Shown: piece after piece, positions 1 through 11,689 of the stretch
How positions within the stretch are numbered: the stretch's first letter is position 1
How the letters are laid out: each line of letters begins with the position of its first letter
From: an uncultured Chloroflexia bacterium
Lineage (GTDB): Bacteria; Chloroflexota; Limnocylindria; Limnocylindrales; CSP1-4
Direction: 5' to 3'
DNA length: 64,000 bases
NCBI GenBank assembly: GCA_963703155.1
Contig: OY969796.1
Location: 2,070,476-2,134,475, forward strand
Position numbers and translations under genes: made by a program
Notes under the pieces: generated by a model
Told to the model about the DNA's origin: nothing
What the model saw: the letters and a program-made list of their open reading frames with translations, nothing else
The model's database searches: none

Positions 1-191
1 CCCCCGCTCCCGACGACCTGGGCCTTCACCTCCCGCCGCGCCCCGACAGTGTGCCGACGCGGCGGCGTCGCCGGCGCCACTGACGGCACCGTCCCGGGCG
101 GGGGACATTCGACGACGGGCAGTCCTGGACGCCGCCCGCGTTGGCAGGGGCCCTCGTCGAGAGACACGTGCCGAGGGCGCACGACGGGGCC

Positions 192-464
192 GTGTCCCGG
201 TCAGCCTCGTTCACCACCGCGCTCGAGATTGCCGCTCCACGCGAGGCGGTCTGGCGAGCCCTCACCCGTCGCGCGGCACGGCGGCGATGGATGAACGACG
301 CCGAGGTGGTGTCGCGTTGGGCTCCGGGGGCCGACATCGCGATCGGCGTGGTCCTCGAGGGGCAGGCCCGGCGCGACCACGGCACCGTGGCCCTGGCTGC
401 GCTGCGCGACGAACTGGAGGGTCATCCGCCCGGTCTCCTGGCGCTGCGCGAGGAGGGCGCTTGA
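192..464 (+). pseudogene. Truncated SRPBCC/AHSA1-domain fragment
   Basis: ASFTTALEIAAPREAVWRALT...RRWM...W.PG resembles the N-terminal half of SRPBCC domains. The ORF ends after ~90 aa, with its stop inside the next promoter's -35 box. Confidence 0.45.
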
Positions 465-515
465 CAGGCCGGCCCCAATGTCGTTCAATCTGCCTGTGCA
501 TAACCAACTGGTTAT
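461..515 (+). promoter_or_regulatory. sigma70-type promoter (TTGACA-17-TTCAAT) and ArsR operator palindrome ATAACCA-AC-TGGTTAT
   Basis: TTGACA at 461-466, TTCAAT at 484-489, GTG at 496. A perfect inverted repeat at 500-515 overlaps the first codons of the ArsR gene. Confidence 0.75.
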
Positions 516-855
516 AGATCAGCCGCCCGCCGACCCGTTGAGCGCCGTCTTCGGTGCTCTGGCGGACCCCACGCGGCGCGCGATCCTGGAGCGCCTCGTC
601 GTCGGCGAGGCCACCGTGGGCGAGCTGGGCGCGCCGTTTCGCATGTCCCAGCCGGCCGTGTCCAAGCATCTCAAGGTCCTCGAGGCCGCCGGCCTCGTGT
701 CCCGCCACCGCCGGGGGACGGCCAACCTGAGTCGCCTCGAGCCCGAGGTCCTCCGGGACGCCGACGACTGGCTCGAGCGCTATCGGCAGGCCTGGGAGGA
801 GCGGTTCGAGCGCCTCGACGAGGTCCTCGACGAACTCCAGCGCCCATCCCGCTGA
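496..855 (+). CDS. ArsR/SmtB family transcriptional regulator
   Basis: VFGALADPTRRAILERL...MSQPAVSKHLKVLEAAGLV HTH signature. Start placed at GTG 496 (leaderless). Confidence 0.93.
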   Translation: MHNQLVIDQPPADPLSAVFGALADPTRRAILERLVVGEATVGELGAPFRMSQPAVSKHLKVLEAAGLVSRHRRGTANLSRLEPEVLRDADDWLERYRQAWEERFERLDEVLDELQRPSR

Positions 856-890
856 CCCGCGTCCCATCCTCGTCAGGAGGCATTTGTTCC

Positions 891-1382
891 ATGGCCACAA
901 TCCGCGTCACTGCGACCCCGGGCACCCCATTCCTCGAGCTCGAGCGCGAGTTCGACGCCCCTCGCGACCTCGTCTACCGCGCCTGGACCGACCCGAAGCT
1001 GATCGTCCGATGGCTGGGCCCTCGACGGCTCCAGATGCGCATCGACTACTGGGAGCTCGATGACCACGGCGGGTCGTACCGCTACATCCACTCGGGCGAG
1101 GACGGCGTCGAGCACGCCTTCCACGGCTCGTTCCACCGGACCGGCGCGGACCCGTACACCCTGCTCCAGACCTTCGAGTACGAGGGCGCGCCCGGGTACG
1201 TCTCGCTCGACGAGCTGAAGCTGGTCGAGGCGGGCGACAAGACCATCGCCAAGCTCCGCTCCGTCCACCAGACGGTCGAGGCGCGCGACGCGATGGTCGC
1301 GGCCGGGATGAGCGAGGGCATGAACGACGGCTTCGAGAAGCTCGACGAGCTGCTCGCTGGCGAGCTGGCAGCGGCACGGTGA
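891..1382 (+). CDS. SRPBCC (AHSA1-like) family protein
   Basis: EREFDAPRDLVYRAWTDP...WLGP...SGMSEG-type C-terminal helix; SD AGGAG; typical ArsR-SRPBCC pairing. Confidence 0.9.
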   Translation: MATIRVTATPGTPFLELEREFDAPRDLVYRAWTDPKLIVRWLGPRRLQMRIDYWELDDHGGSYRYIHSGEDGVEHAFHGSFHRTGADPYTLLQTFEYEGAPGYVSLDELKLVEAGDKTIAKLRSVHQTVEARDAMVAAGMSEGMNDGFEKLDELLAGELAAAR

Positions 1383-1393
1383 AGGAGACCCCG

Positions 1394-1909
1394 ATGACGA
1401 CACTGCCGATCCGGCCGCTGGGGCCGATCACGCCGTACCTCTGGTTCGACGGCCAGGCCGAAGAGGCCGCCGAGTTCTACTGCACGCTGTTCGCCGACAG
1501 CAGCGTCGACAACGTGTCGCGATACTCGGACGTCGGTCGCGAGATCCACGGCCGCGAGCCGGGCTCGGCGATGATCGTCAACTTCCGCCTGGCTGGGCAG
1601 CCCTTCGTCGGGCTCAACGGCGGGCCGCAGTACCAGTTCACCGAGGCGGTCTCGTTCATGGTGACGTGCGAGACCCAGGCGGAGCTCGACGCGCTGTGGG
1701 ACCAGCTCACCGAGGGCGGCGACCCGGCCGCCCAACAGTGCGGCTGGCTCCGGGACCGCTTCGGCCTGTCATGGCAGATTGTGCCGGCGGCGCTGGGCCG
1801 CCTGCTGGGCGATCCGGATCCGGGGCGCGCCGGCCGCGCCATGGCGGCGATGCTCAAGATGAAGAAGATCGAGGTTGGCGAGCTGGAACGGGCGGCCGCC
1901 GCAGCCTGA
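1394..1909 (+). CDS. VOC family protein (PhnB/3-demethylubiquinone-9 3-methyltransferase-like)
   Basis: ITPYLWFDGQAEEAAEFY...LNGGP.F.FTEAVS...CGWLRDRFGLSWQIVP signature. Confidence 0.92.
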   Translation: MTTLPIRPLGPITPYLWFDGQAEEAAEFYCTLFADSSVDNVSRYSDVGREIHGREPGSAMIVNFRLAGQPFVGLNGGPQYQFTEAVSFMVTCETQAELDALWDQLTEGGDPAAQQCGWLRDRFGLSWQIVPAALGRLLGDPDPGRAGRAMAAMLKMKKIEVGELERAAAAA

Positions 1910-1926
1910 CGCCACCCCGAAATCGA

Positions 1927-1960
1927 CGCGGGCGCCCTGCCGCTTGGCGAGGCGCCCGCG
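1927..1960. terminator. GC hairpin between convergent genes
   Basis: CGCGGGCGCC...GGCGCCCGCG 10-bp stem between the VOC gene and pspA. Confidence 0.55.
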
Positions 1961-1988
1961 CTTCCGCGTTTGACGGGGGAGGGGAGGC

Positions 1989-2705
1989 CTAGGAGGCGCC
2001 GCCCCCCTTGAGGGCAGCCAGGCGGGCGTCGATCTCGGCGTTGCTGTCCTCGTCCTCGAGGCTGGCGAACTGCGCGTCGAGCGAGCTCGCGGCCACCTCG
2101 GCCATGCCCGTGGCGCGGGCCTCCTCGTGGCGGATCTTCTCCTCGAAGCGGGCGACCTCGCTCGTGGGGTCCATGACGTTGACGCTCTTGAGCGACTGCT
2201 GGACCTGGACCTGCGCCTGGGCCATCTTGGCGCGGGCGATCAGCTGGTCTCGCTTCTGGACGAGCTCCTCGCGCTTGGCGCGCATCTGGTTGAGCCCGTT
2301 CTTGAGCTGCTCGACGAGCGCGTTCTGCTGCTCGATCTGCGGGGCGAAGGCCTTGACCTGGTCCTCGTACGAGATCTGGCGCTTGAGCGCCACCCGGGCG
2401 AGGTTGTCGAACTTGTCAGCGTCGGGGTTGCCGGCGGCGCGCAGCTCGTCGGCCCTCTTCGAGGCGGCCGCGGCTTTTGAGCCCCAATCGGCGGCAGCGT
2501 CCGATGCCTCCTTCGAATCCTCCTCCTGGAGGCGGAGATTGCCGATCGTCTGGGCGACGGCCTCCTCGGCCTCGCGGATGTTGTCCGTGAAGTCGCGCAC
2601 GAGCTGGTCGAGCATCTTCTGCGGGTCTTCGGCGCCGTCGATGAGCGCGTTGACATTCGCCCGAACGAGCTGGCTGACGCGTCCGAGGATCGATGACTGG
2701 GCCAT
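1989..2705 (-). CDS. pspA: PspA/IM30 family protein
   Basis: SILGRVSQLVRANVNALIDGAEDPQKMLDQLVRD, coiled coil, and EIDARLAALK terminus. Confidence 0.93.
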   Translation of the reverse strand: MAQSSILGRVSQLVRANVNALIDGAEDPQKMLDQLVRDFTDNIREAEEAVAQTIGNLRLQEEDSKEASDAAADWGSKAAAASKRADELRAAGNPDADKFDNLARVALKRQISYEDQVKAFAPQIEQQNALVEQLKNGLNQMRAKREELVQKRDQLIARAKMAQAQVQVQQSLKSVNVMDPTSEVARFEEKIRHEEARATGMAEVAASSLDAQFASLEDEDSNAEIDARLAALKGGGAS

Positions 2706-2826
2706 GACTGCCCCTCCAGCTTCTGGCGGCGCCGAGTGGTGCCGCGATCAGTCCATCAGGTGCGCGGGGATCGCAGCGCAGGTGCGGTCCATCGTACGCG
2801 GCGCGCGGCGCGGGTGACGGCGACCA

Positions 2827-4986
2827 TCACCAGCGACCTCCGCCCGAGGAGCCGCCCCCGCCGCCGAACGAGCCGCCGCCCGACGAGCCGCCGAAGCCGC
2901 CGCCCCCACCCCAGCCGCCGCCGAACCCGCCGAAGCCGCCGCCGCCGCCGAACGGGCCGCCGAAGCCGCCGCCCCCGCGCCGACCGCCGCCGCTCAGCAT
3001 CCCGCCGATGATCCCGCCGATGATCGCCCCGGCGAGGTCGGCACCGGCGCCCCCGCCCCCGCCGCCTCCTCCTCCGCCGCCTCCTCCGCCGCCTCCGCCG
3101 TGCCACGGGTCATTCCAGTTGCCGTAGTCGCGCTGGGCCAGCGACTCGGCCTCACCCGCGAGGCGGGTCGCCGCGTCCGCCTCGCTCGTGGCGCCGGGCT
3201 GATCGGTCTGCGCGATGGCCATCGCCTGGTCGAGGTGCCGCTGCGCCTCGGCGAGCCTGGTCCGCGCCTCGGTCCCGACCGCTCCTCGACGGGTCGCGAT
3301 GAGGCCGCCGGCACGGGTGACGGCTGTCTGGGCCGTCCGGACCGACGCGTCGAGCTGGGCCGCGGAGCGAGCGGCCGCCTGCTGCGCGGAGCGGATCTGG
3401 GCGAGCACGTCGTCGGCCGTCTTGTCGGCCTGGCGCGCCTTGTCGAGGGCTGTCGTGACATCGGGCTTGGGCGGGTTGAGGGCGGTCCTGGCGTCAGCGA
3501 GGAGCTGGTCCGCCTGGGCCACCCGCGCGGCGGCGGTCGCGTCGGCGCCCTTGGCGGCGCTCACGGCCGCCTTCGCACTCGCGATGTCCTGCTCCGCGGT
3601 CGTCAGCTGCGCGGCCACGGCGGCGGCGGCCGCGTCGAGCTGCTTGGCGAGCTCATCGATGGCGTCGAGGAATCGGCCTCCCTGCGCGAGCGCGTCCTGC
3701 CCCGCCTGCGCAGCGGCGGCCGCCTTGGGCGCCTCGCCGGCCGCGATGGCCGCGTTGCCCGTAGCAACGGCCGCCCGCACCGCCGCGACCCGCGCGGTCG
3801 CCTCGTCGAGGTTGGGCGCAATGGCCTGCCAGTCGGGGTCGGCGTAGCTCTGGAGGTGCGCCATCGCCTGGCCGCCCGCAGCCACGCGGGACGCCAGCGC
3901 GTCGGCTTGCGCGGGCAGTGCGGCGATGATCCCCGGAGCCTGCTTCTGGAGCGCGCGCAGCTGCTCGAACCGCTCGGTCTGCGCGTCCAGCCGCTGCTGG
4001 GCCGATCGGCACGCCCCAATCAGCGCGACCAGCATCTGGTGCCGCTGCGCAGGCGTCTCGGGCGTGGCGTCGTCGAGCTGCTGGCGGATCGTGAAGGCGC
4101 CCTTGAGATCGGTCTTGGCCCCGGTCAGCGCCTCGGCGAACGGCGCGGCCGCCTCGTCGCCGAACTGCGCCTGCGCGAAGCCCAGCTCCTGGTCGGAGTC
4201 GCGCACCGCGTCGTCGGTCTGCAGCAGGATGCTGTTCCCGAGCGCCTCGAGGTCCTTCGTGGAGAGGCGCCCGAGGTCGTCGTTGGGTCCGCCCCCGGCA
4301 GACGGCACATTGCCGGTCAGCTGCCGGTGCGTCGCGAGGTACCAGACGACGAAGCCCGCGCCCACCAAGATGAGGACGATCGCGATGAGGGTGCCGAGCG
4401 TGGCGTCACCGCCCGACGCGGGGCCCGGGCTCGGCGTGGCGACCGGGGCGCTGGTCGCCACGGCTGTCGGGGCCGATGTCGGGGCCGATGTCGGCGCTGG
4501 GGCGAGCGCTGCGGCGAGCTGGTCCGCGAAGTCGATCGCGGCCTTGTCCGGCGTGCCGGCGCGCAGGTTGGCAGGCAGCGTGCGCGAGAGGAGGAGCTGG
4601 AGGTCGCTGTCCGACAGGGCGACCGAGCCGCCCTTCCAGTAGCCGTAGGCGCGGTCCTGCATCGCGATCACGAGGAGGAGATCCGCCCCGCCCAGTCCGC
4701 TCGCCTTGGCGGTGTCGGTGGCGAATTGACCGGGGTCGGCACCGCTGGTCGTGTCGACATACCAGACCCACGGCTGCACGCCGGAGCTCGACTGCACGCG
4801 GTCGAACGCGGTCTGGATCTGCGCCGCGGCGCCCGACGGCAACGCGCCGGCGTCGTCGGTGACTGGGCTGGCGAGGCGTGTGGGGCTGGCCCCGACGGCG
4901 AGCGGCGCGAGCAGGAGCGCGAGGGCGAGCGCGAGCGCCGTTGCAGTCAGGATGAGGAGCGCGAGTCGAGCGACGGCGTGGCGCAT
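2827..4986 (-). CDS. TPM domain membrane protein with coiled-coil region and Gly-rich C-terminus
   Basis: ATG 4986 with SD GGGGGAG; signal peptide, PVTDDAGAL TPM start, one TM helix, Ala-rich coils, GGGGF tail. Lies upstream of pspA, as in actinobacterial TPM-PspA operons. Confidence 0.85.
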   Translation of the reverse strand: MRHAVARLALLILTATALALALALLLAPLAVGASPTRLASPVTDDAGALPSGAAAQIQTAFDRVQSSSGVQPWVWYVDTTSGADPGQFATDTAKASGLGGADLLLVIAMQDRAYGYWKGGSVALSDSDLQLLLSRTLPANLRAGTPDKAAIDFADQLAAALAPAPTSAPTSAPTAVATSAPVATPSPGPASGGDATLGTLIAIVLILVGAGFVVWYLATHRQLTGNVPSAGGGPNDDLGRLSTKDLEALGNSILLQTDDAVRDSDQELGFAQAQFGDEAAAPFAEALTGAKTDLKGAFTIRQQLDDATPETPAQRHQMLVALIGACRSAQQRLDAQTERFEQLRALQKQAPGIIAALPAQADALASRVAAGGQAMAHLQSYADPDWQAIAPNLDEATARVAAVRAAVATGNAAIAAGEAPKAAAAAQAGQDALAQGGRFLDAIDELAKQLDAAAAAVAAQLTTAEQDIASAKAAVSAAKGADATAAARVAQADQLLADARTALNPPKPDVTTALDKARQADKTADDVLAQIRSAQQAAARSAAQLDASVRTAQTAVTRAGGLIATRRGAVGTEARTRLAEAQRHLDQAMAIAQTDQPGATSEADAATRLAGEAESLAQRDYGNWNDPWHGGGGGGGGGGGGGGGGGAGADLAGAIIGGIIGGMLSGGGRRGGGGFGGPFGGGGGFGGFGGGWGGGGGFGGSSGGGSFGGGGGSSGGGRW

Positions 4987-5107
4987 GGGCCTCCCCCGTG
5001 ATGGCGCCGGCGGGCGCGTGGGGCCGTGGAACGCCAGAGCATTCTGCCCCCGATCGGCATCGCGCGATAGCGGCCATCGGGGTCGCGGCGGCGCTTCCTC
5101 GGCGTCG

Positions 5108-5635
5108 CTACTCCCGCGCGTCGACCTCGAGGACCAGCAGGCTCCAGGCAACGTCGGCAGAGCCGATGAGGAGCAGGAACGCAGCGACCGGCAGAACGAG
5201 CAACAAGTGGGCGTCCTGCGCGTCCGGCAGTCTCGCGGCGACGAAGAGAACCAGCAGGTCCGCCACCAGTGTCCATGCGATGCGGCGGATGGTGCGGAAG
5301 TCCTGCGCATGGCGGCCGTGGCGCGCCAGGCCGAACACGCGCCGCCCAAGGCGCAGCAATCCCAGCCCCGCAACGAAGGCAAGGCTGATCGCCAGGGAGC
5401 CTGGGTCAAGCGCCGGGATCAGGGCGATCAGCGAGATCCCAAGCAGGTAGAGCAGATTCGAGAACGCCAGGTCAGCCCTGGTCCGCAGGTCCACCCGCTC
5501 TGCGGCCGTGATCGACGCGAGATTGATCGACACGCCGACGAACAGGAGTCCGAGGAGGGCAGCTGAGGCCGAAGCGATCGCGAGGTAGAAGTCGTGCCAC
5601 GAGTCGATTGCGGCAGCCCATGCAGATGCGTCCAC
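5108..5635 (-). CDS. Hypothetical multi-pass membrane protein
   Basis: WHDFYLAIASASAALLGLLFVGVSIN N-terminus, about 5 hydrophobic segments; TATAGT 7 nt upstream of GTG. Confidence 0.75.
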   Translation of the reverse strand: MDASAWAAAIDSWHDFYLAIASASAALLGLLFVGVSINLASITAAERVDLRTRADLAFSNLLYLLGISLIALIPALDPGSLAISLAFVAGLGLLRLGRRVFGLARHGRHAQDFRTIRRIAWTLVADLLVLFVAARLPDAQDAHLLLVLPVAAFLLLIGSADVAWSLLVLEVDARE

Positions 5636-5682
5636 GCCGCGGACTATACGACCGCGCTCCGGCGGGCTCGCCTCGCCTGCAA

Positions 5683-7206
<1,524 letters not shown>

Positions 7207-7377
7207 GCGAGCAGTCTACGTGGCGGCTGCGGATGGGAGTCGCGTGGCGGCCGCCGGGGGCGTGGTTTCGAGGCAGCTGCCACACTCGCGGTGCCTGCCT
7301 CGGCGGCGAGCCGCCCGAAGATCTCCGGGAGGGAGCGCGAAACCTGCGAGATGGCCTGGCGCTCGCGTCGGCCGGGA

Positions 7378-7770
7378 CTAGTTGATCGGGAACACCTTGG
7401 CGATGTCGATCAGGAACCACAGCCCGAACAGGATCGCGAGCATGAGGACGGCCATCTGGCCGATCTGGCGCACGTCGCGCGCGACGTAGGCGTACTCCTG
7501 CTCGGCGCGCACCGCGAGGGTGCCGGTTCCGCCGCTGTAGGTCTCGCGGGTGGCGCGCTCCCTGGCCCTCACGCGCGCCGATTCGGCCTGGCGCTCCTGT
7601 GCCAGGAGCGCCTGCTCCAGTTCGGCGGCGCGGGCCTCCTCGCTCGACGTCAGGCCGGAAGGGCGCGGCTCAACCGTCGCAGCCGACCCCGATGCCGCGG
7701 CTCCGGCCGGGCGGCGGTCGATGGGCCGGCGCTGGCCGGGACGGACGCTGCCGCGCACACGCTTCGCCAT
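7378..7770 (-). CDS. Hypothetical protein with C-terminal TM helix
   Basis: Good codon usage; charged N-terminus, then EYAYVARDVRQI and a hydrophobic helix. Confidence 0.7.
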   Translation of the reverse strand: MAKRVRGSVRPGQRRPIDRRPAGAAASGSAATVEPRPSGLTSSEEARAAELEQALLAQERQAESARVRARERATRETYSGGTGTLAVRAEQEYAYVARDVRQIGQMAVLMLAILFGLWFLIDIAKVFPIN

Positions 7771-7895
7771 GACGGGGTCCTGGGCCTCCTAGTAGCGACC
7801 GTCGCGAGCGCGAGGCCGTCGGCGGGGAGGATACACCGGGTCCGTGGCGTGGCGTCCCGCTGATAGACTCGGGCTCGCCTGACCGGGAGGGAACT

Positions 7896-8399
7896 TTGGA
7901 CTCCACGACAAGCGGCATCGTCATCGCCGCCCTCGCCATCGCCGTCGTCATTCTGTTCGCGCTGGTCGCGCTGCTCTGGCGGCGTCTCGCCGCGGTCGAC
8001 GGCCGCCTGGTGGGCCTGACCCGCGGGGGAGACGGGACCAGCCTGGAGTCGACGCTCCACGCCACGCTCGAGCGCGTTGGCGCGCTGTCGGGCGGGGTCG
8101 AGCAGCTGCGCGGGCGCACCGCCGTGCTCGAGGCGGCCCAGAAGGTGGCGATCCAACGGACGGGCCTCGTCAGGTACAACCCGTTCGAGGACACCGGCGG
8201 CAATCAGAGCTTCGCGGTGGCCCTGCTCGACGCGAACGGCGACGGCGTGGTCGTCAGCAGCCTGCATGCCCGCCAGAACACCCGCGTCTACGCGAAGGCG
8301 ATCGTCGGCGGCCGCGCCGAGGCGGCGCTGTCCGACGAGGAGTCCGAGGCACTGCGCCAGGCGATGGCCAGGCAGGGTGCCGGCGCGAAGTCGTCCTGA
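7896..8399 (+). CDS. DUF4446 family protein
   Basis: N-terminal TM, VRYNPFEDTGGNQSFAVALLD...G.V.SSLH.R...R.YAK...LS.EE motif; SD GGGAGG; -10 TAGACT at 7864. Confidence 0.85.
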   Translation: MDSTTSGIVIAALAIAVVILFALVALLWRRLAAVDGRLVGLTRGGDGTSLESTLHATLERVGALSGGVEQLRGRTAVLEAAQKVAIQRTGLVRYNPFEDTGGNQSFAVALLDANGDGVVVSSLHARQNTRVYAKAIVGGRAEAALSDEESEALRQAMARQGAGAKSS

Positions 8400-8454
8400 T
8401 CGGGCGGGCCGCCGTGACACCTGAGCTGACACGGCCCCGGCCCATCGTGGCCCC

Positions 8455-11400
8455 GTGCTCGAGCTCAACGCACCCAACCCCCGCAAGATGAATCGCCGAG
8501 GTCGACGCGGCGATCCCGCGGCCCTCGTCCAGATTCCCGTCTGGGGTGCCGCGCTGTCGGCGCCCGCTCCCTCGAAGGCCAGCCCGACGGCGGATGCGCC
8601 GGGGGACGGACTGAAGGACCTGTTGGCCGGGCTCAACCGGGAGCAGCTCCGCGCGGTCACCCACGCGGACGGCCCGCTGCTCGTGGTCGCGGGCGCGGGC
8701 ACTGGCAAGACGCAGGTGATCACGCGGCGGATCGCGTGGCTGATCGCCACGCGGCGCGCGAAGCCGTCGGAGATCCTCGCCCTGACGTTCACGGACCAGG
8801 CCGCGGACGAGATGCAGACCCGCGTGGACCAGCTGGTCCCGTACGGCTACACGGACACCGCCATCTCCACCTTCCACGCCTTCGGGGACCGGCTGCTGCG
8901 GGAGTTCGCGCTGGAGCTCGGCCTGCCCACGGACCTGCGGGTCCTGAGCCGGCCCGAGACGGTGGTGTTCCTGCGGGAGCGCGTGTTCGAGCTTGGGCTG
9001 GACGAGTACCGGCCGCTCGGGGACCCCACCAAGTTCCTCGACGCACTGGCCACACTGTTCAGCCGGGCGAAGGACGAGGACGTCTCGCCGGACGCCTTCC
9101 TCGTGCACGCGGAGGCGCTTGCCGAGCGAGCGGCCGTGGCGATCGAGGCGGCAGAGGCGGATCCGGCAGCGGACCGGGAGGCCGCCCTGGCACAGGCGGA
9201 GGAAGCCCGCAGACGCCTTGAGCTCGCCCGGGCGTACGGCAGTTACCAGCGGCTGCTCGCCGAGCACGGCGCCGTGGACTTCGGCGACCAGGTGTCCCTG
9301 GCGCTGCGGCTGCTGCGGGAGTCGCCCCTGGCGCGCGAATCGGTCCAGCGCCGGTTCAAGTACGTGCTGGTGGACGAGTTCCAGGACACCAACCGCGCAC
9401 AGGCGGAACTCGTGGCGCTCGTCGCCCAGCGCCACCGGAACGTGACGGTGGTGGGCGACGACGACCAGTCCATCTACAAGTTCCGCGGCGCGGCCATCAG
9501 CAACATCCTGGAGTTCCGGGAGCGGTACCGCGCGGCCAAGGTGGTCGTCCTGCGCCGCAACTACCGCTCGCGCGCCCCGATCCTCGACGCGTCCTACCGC
9601 CTGGTTCGGCACAACGACCCGGACCGCCTCGAGGTGCGGGCGGGGATCGTCAAGCGTCTCGTCGCCACCCGCAAGGGCAAGGCTGCCGCGCCGGTCCGCC
9701 ACGAGGCGTTCGCCACGGGCACCGAAGAGGCGGACTGGATCGCCAAGGACATCGCCCGGCGCATCACGGATGGCGTGCCTGCGCGCGACATTGCGGTCCT
9801 GGTGCGCTCGAACGCTGCGGCGGACCCGGTGCTCCGGTCGCTCAACCTCGAGGGCATCCCGTGGCGCTTCTCGGGGACCAGCGGACTGTACGCGCGGCCC
9901 GAGGTGAAGCTGCTGCTCTCATTCCTCCGCGCCGTGGCGGACCCGGGATCGTCGGTGGACGTGTACGCGCTCGCGGCGTCTGAGCTGTACGGGCTCGGCG
10001 GCGAGGACCTCACGGCAATCGTCCAGATGGCGCGCCGGCGGAACCGCTCGGTCCTCGAGGTGCTCGAGGAGCTGGGGCGCCAGCCGGGGATCCTGCGGCT
10101 GGCGCCCCAGACGCGGACCGCGGCAGCGCGCCTCGTGGCGGACCTCGGGCGCTTCCTGGACCTCGCGCACCAGCGGCCGGCGGGCGAGGTGGCGTATGCG
10201 TTCCTGCGCGAGACCGGCTGGCTCAAGCGGCTGGCGTCGGCTGGCACGGTGGCCGCGGAGGAGGCCCTGTCGAACCTCGCGCGGTTCTTCGACATCGTCC
10301 GCGCCCAGTCGGCGCTGCTGCCTGACGATCGGGCGATCTTCCTCGCGCCGCACCTCCAGACCCTGATCCACGCTGGCGACGATCCGGCGACGGCCGACAT
10401 CGACCCCGATGCGGACGCCGTGGCCGTCATGACCGTGCACAAGGCGAAGGGGCTCGAGTTCCCGGTCGTCTACCTGCCCGGGCTCGTGTCCGGTCGTTTC
10501 CCGGCCACGGCGCGCCGCGAGCCGCTCGCGCTGCCCGTGGAGCTCGTGGACGAGACGCTGCCCGAGGGCGACTACCAACTCCAGGAGGAGCGGCGGCTGT
10601 TCTACGTGGGGATGACCCGGGCCCGTGACGAGCTGGTCCTCTCCCACGCGGCGGACTATGGCGGGGCGAGGGCGCGCCGGGTGTCGCCGTTTGTCCTCGA
10701 GGCGCTGGACCTGCCCGTCGCCGCCGGCACGGTGGGCACGGGCGCCAAGGCGCAGCGGCCGCTGGACCGGCTCGCGAGCCTGGAGCGGACCGATGCCGTC
10801 CCGGCCGCCATCCCGCGGCGCGGTGACGAGCCGCTGACGCTGAGCTTCTACGCCATCGACGACTACCTGACCTGCCCGCTCAAGTACAAGTTCGCGCATG
10901 TCCTGCGGGTCCCGCTCGCGCCGCACCACTCGATCATCTACGGCGCAGCCCTCCACTTGGCCGTCTCGGAATTCCACAAGCGCCACGCCCGCGGCGAGGT
11001 CATGAGCGAGGACGCGCTGTTCGCGGCCTTCGCCGGGGCATGGTCGAGCGAGGGGTTCCTCTCGCGGGAGCACGAGGAGGCGCGCCTGGCGTCCGGGCGG
11101 GAGGCGCTCCGCCGGTTCCGCGACGAGCAGCTGCGGCCGGGCGCGGTCATCCCGGCCTACGTGGAGCGCGACTTCTCGTTCCAGCTCGACGGCGACCGCG
11201 TCCGCGGGCGCTTCGACCGGGTCGACGTCGTGCCGCGCAAGCCTGGCATGGCACCCGCGCCCGCAGCCGACGGGGACGGCAGCGCGTTCGCGGCCGACAT
11301 CGTGCAGCCTGCGCTCGACCTCGCCCCCGAGTACGTGGTCATCACGGACTACAAGTCCTCCGACGTCCGCGACCCGGCGAAGGCGCGCGAGCGCGCCAGG

Positions 11401-11661
11401 AAGTCGCTCCAGCTCTCCATCTACGCGATGGCCTACGAGGCGATGACCGGCCGCCTGCCCGACGAGGTGGCGCTGCACTTCCTCGACACCGGCCTCGTGG
11501 GAACGTCGCCCGTGGACCGCCCGCGGATCGACAAGGCACGAGAGGCGGTTCAGGGCGCGGCGACGGGGATCCGGGCTCGCGAGTTCGGCCCCAAGCCGGA
11601 CTACATCGCGTGCGGGTTCTGCGCCTTCCGCGAGATCTGCCCCTCCTCGGCAGCGCGATGA
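8455..11661 (+). CDS. UvrD/PcrA-type ATP-dependent helicase fused to PD-(D/E)XK nuclease (AdnA/AdnB/AddA-like)
   Basis: AGAGTGKT, VDEFQDTN, VGDDDQSIY, MTVHKAKGLEF, EERRLFYVGMTRA. C-terminal RGRFDRVD...TDYKS...QLSIY nuclease motifs with CP...CGFC....IC cysteines. Confidence 0.93.
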   Translation: MLELNAPNPRKMNRRGRRGDPAALVQIPVWGAALSAPAPSKASPTADAPGDGLKDLLAGLNREQLRAVTHADGPLLVVAGAGTGKTQVITRRIAWLIATRRAKPSEILALTFTDQAADEMQTRVDQLVPYGYTDTAISTFHAFGDRLLREFALELGLPTDLRVLSRPETVVFLRERVFELGLDEYRPLGDPTKFLDALATLFSRAKDEDVSPDAFLVHAEALAERAAVAIEAAEADPAADREAALAQAEEARRRLELARAYGSYQRLLAEHGAVDFGDQVSLALRLLRESPLARESVQRRFKYVLVDEFQDTNRAQAELVALVAQRHRNVTVVGDDDQSIYKFRGAAISNILEFRERYRAAKVVVLRRNYRSRAPILDASYRLVRHNDPDRLEVRAGIVKRLVATRKGKAAAPVRHEAFATGTEEADWIAKDIARRITDGVPARDIAVLVRSNAAADPVLRSLNLEGIPWRFSGTSGLYARPEVKLLLSFLRAVADPGSSVDVYALAASELYGLGGEDLTAIVQMARRRNRSVLEVLEELGRQPGILRLAPQTRTAAARLVADLGRFLDLAHQRPAGEVAYAFLRETGWLKRLASAGTVAAEEALSNLARFFDIVRAQSALLPDDRAIFLAPHLQTLIHAGDDPATADIDPDADAVAVMTVHKAKGLEFPVVYLPGLVSGRFPATARREPLALPVELVDETLPEGDYQLQEERRLFYVGMTRARDELVLSHAADYGGARARRVSPFVLEALDLPVAAGTVGTGAKAQRPLDRLASLERTDAVPAAIPRRGDEPLTLSFYAIDDYLTCPLKYKFAHVLRVPLAPHHSIIYGAALHLAVSEFHKRHARGEVMSEDALFAAFAGAWSSEGFLSREHEEARLASGREALRRFRDEQLRPGAVIPAYVERDFSFQLDGDRVRGRFDRVDVVPRKPGMAPAPAADGDGSAFAADIVQPALDLAPEYVVITDYKSSDVRDPAKARERARKSLQLSIYAMAYEAMTGRLPDEVALHFLDTGLVGTSPVDRPRIDKAREAVQGAATGIRAREFGPKPDYIACGFCAFREICPSSAAR

Positions 11662-11689
11662 CGACAGGCGACGTCGGCGCGGAGGGGCG

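Noticed and set aside
1..83. 3' end of an upstream CDS ending at TGA 81-83
   Set aside because: Too short and uninformative to support.
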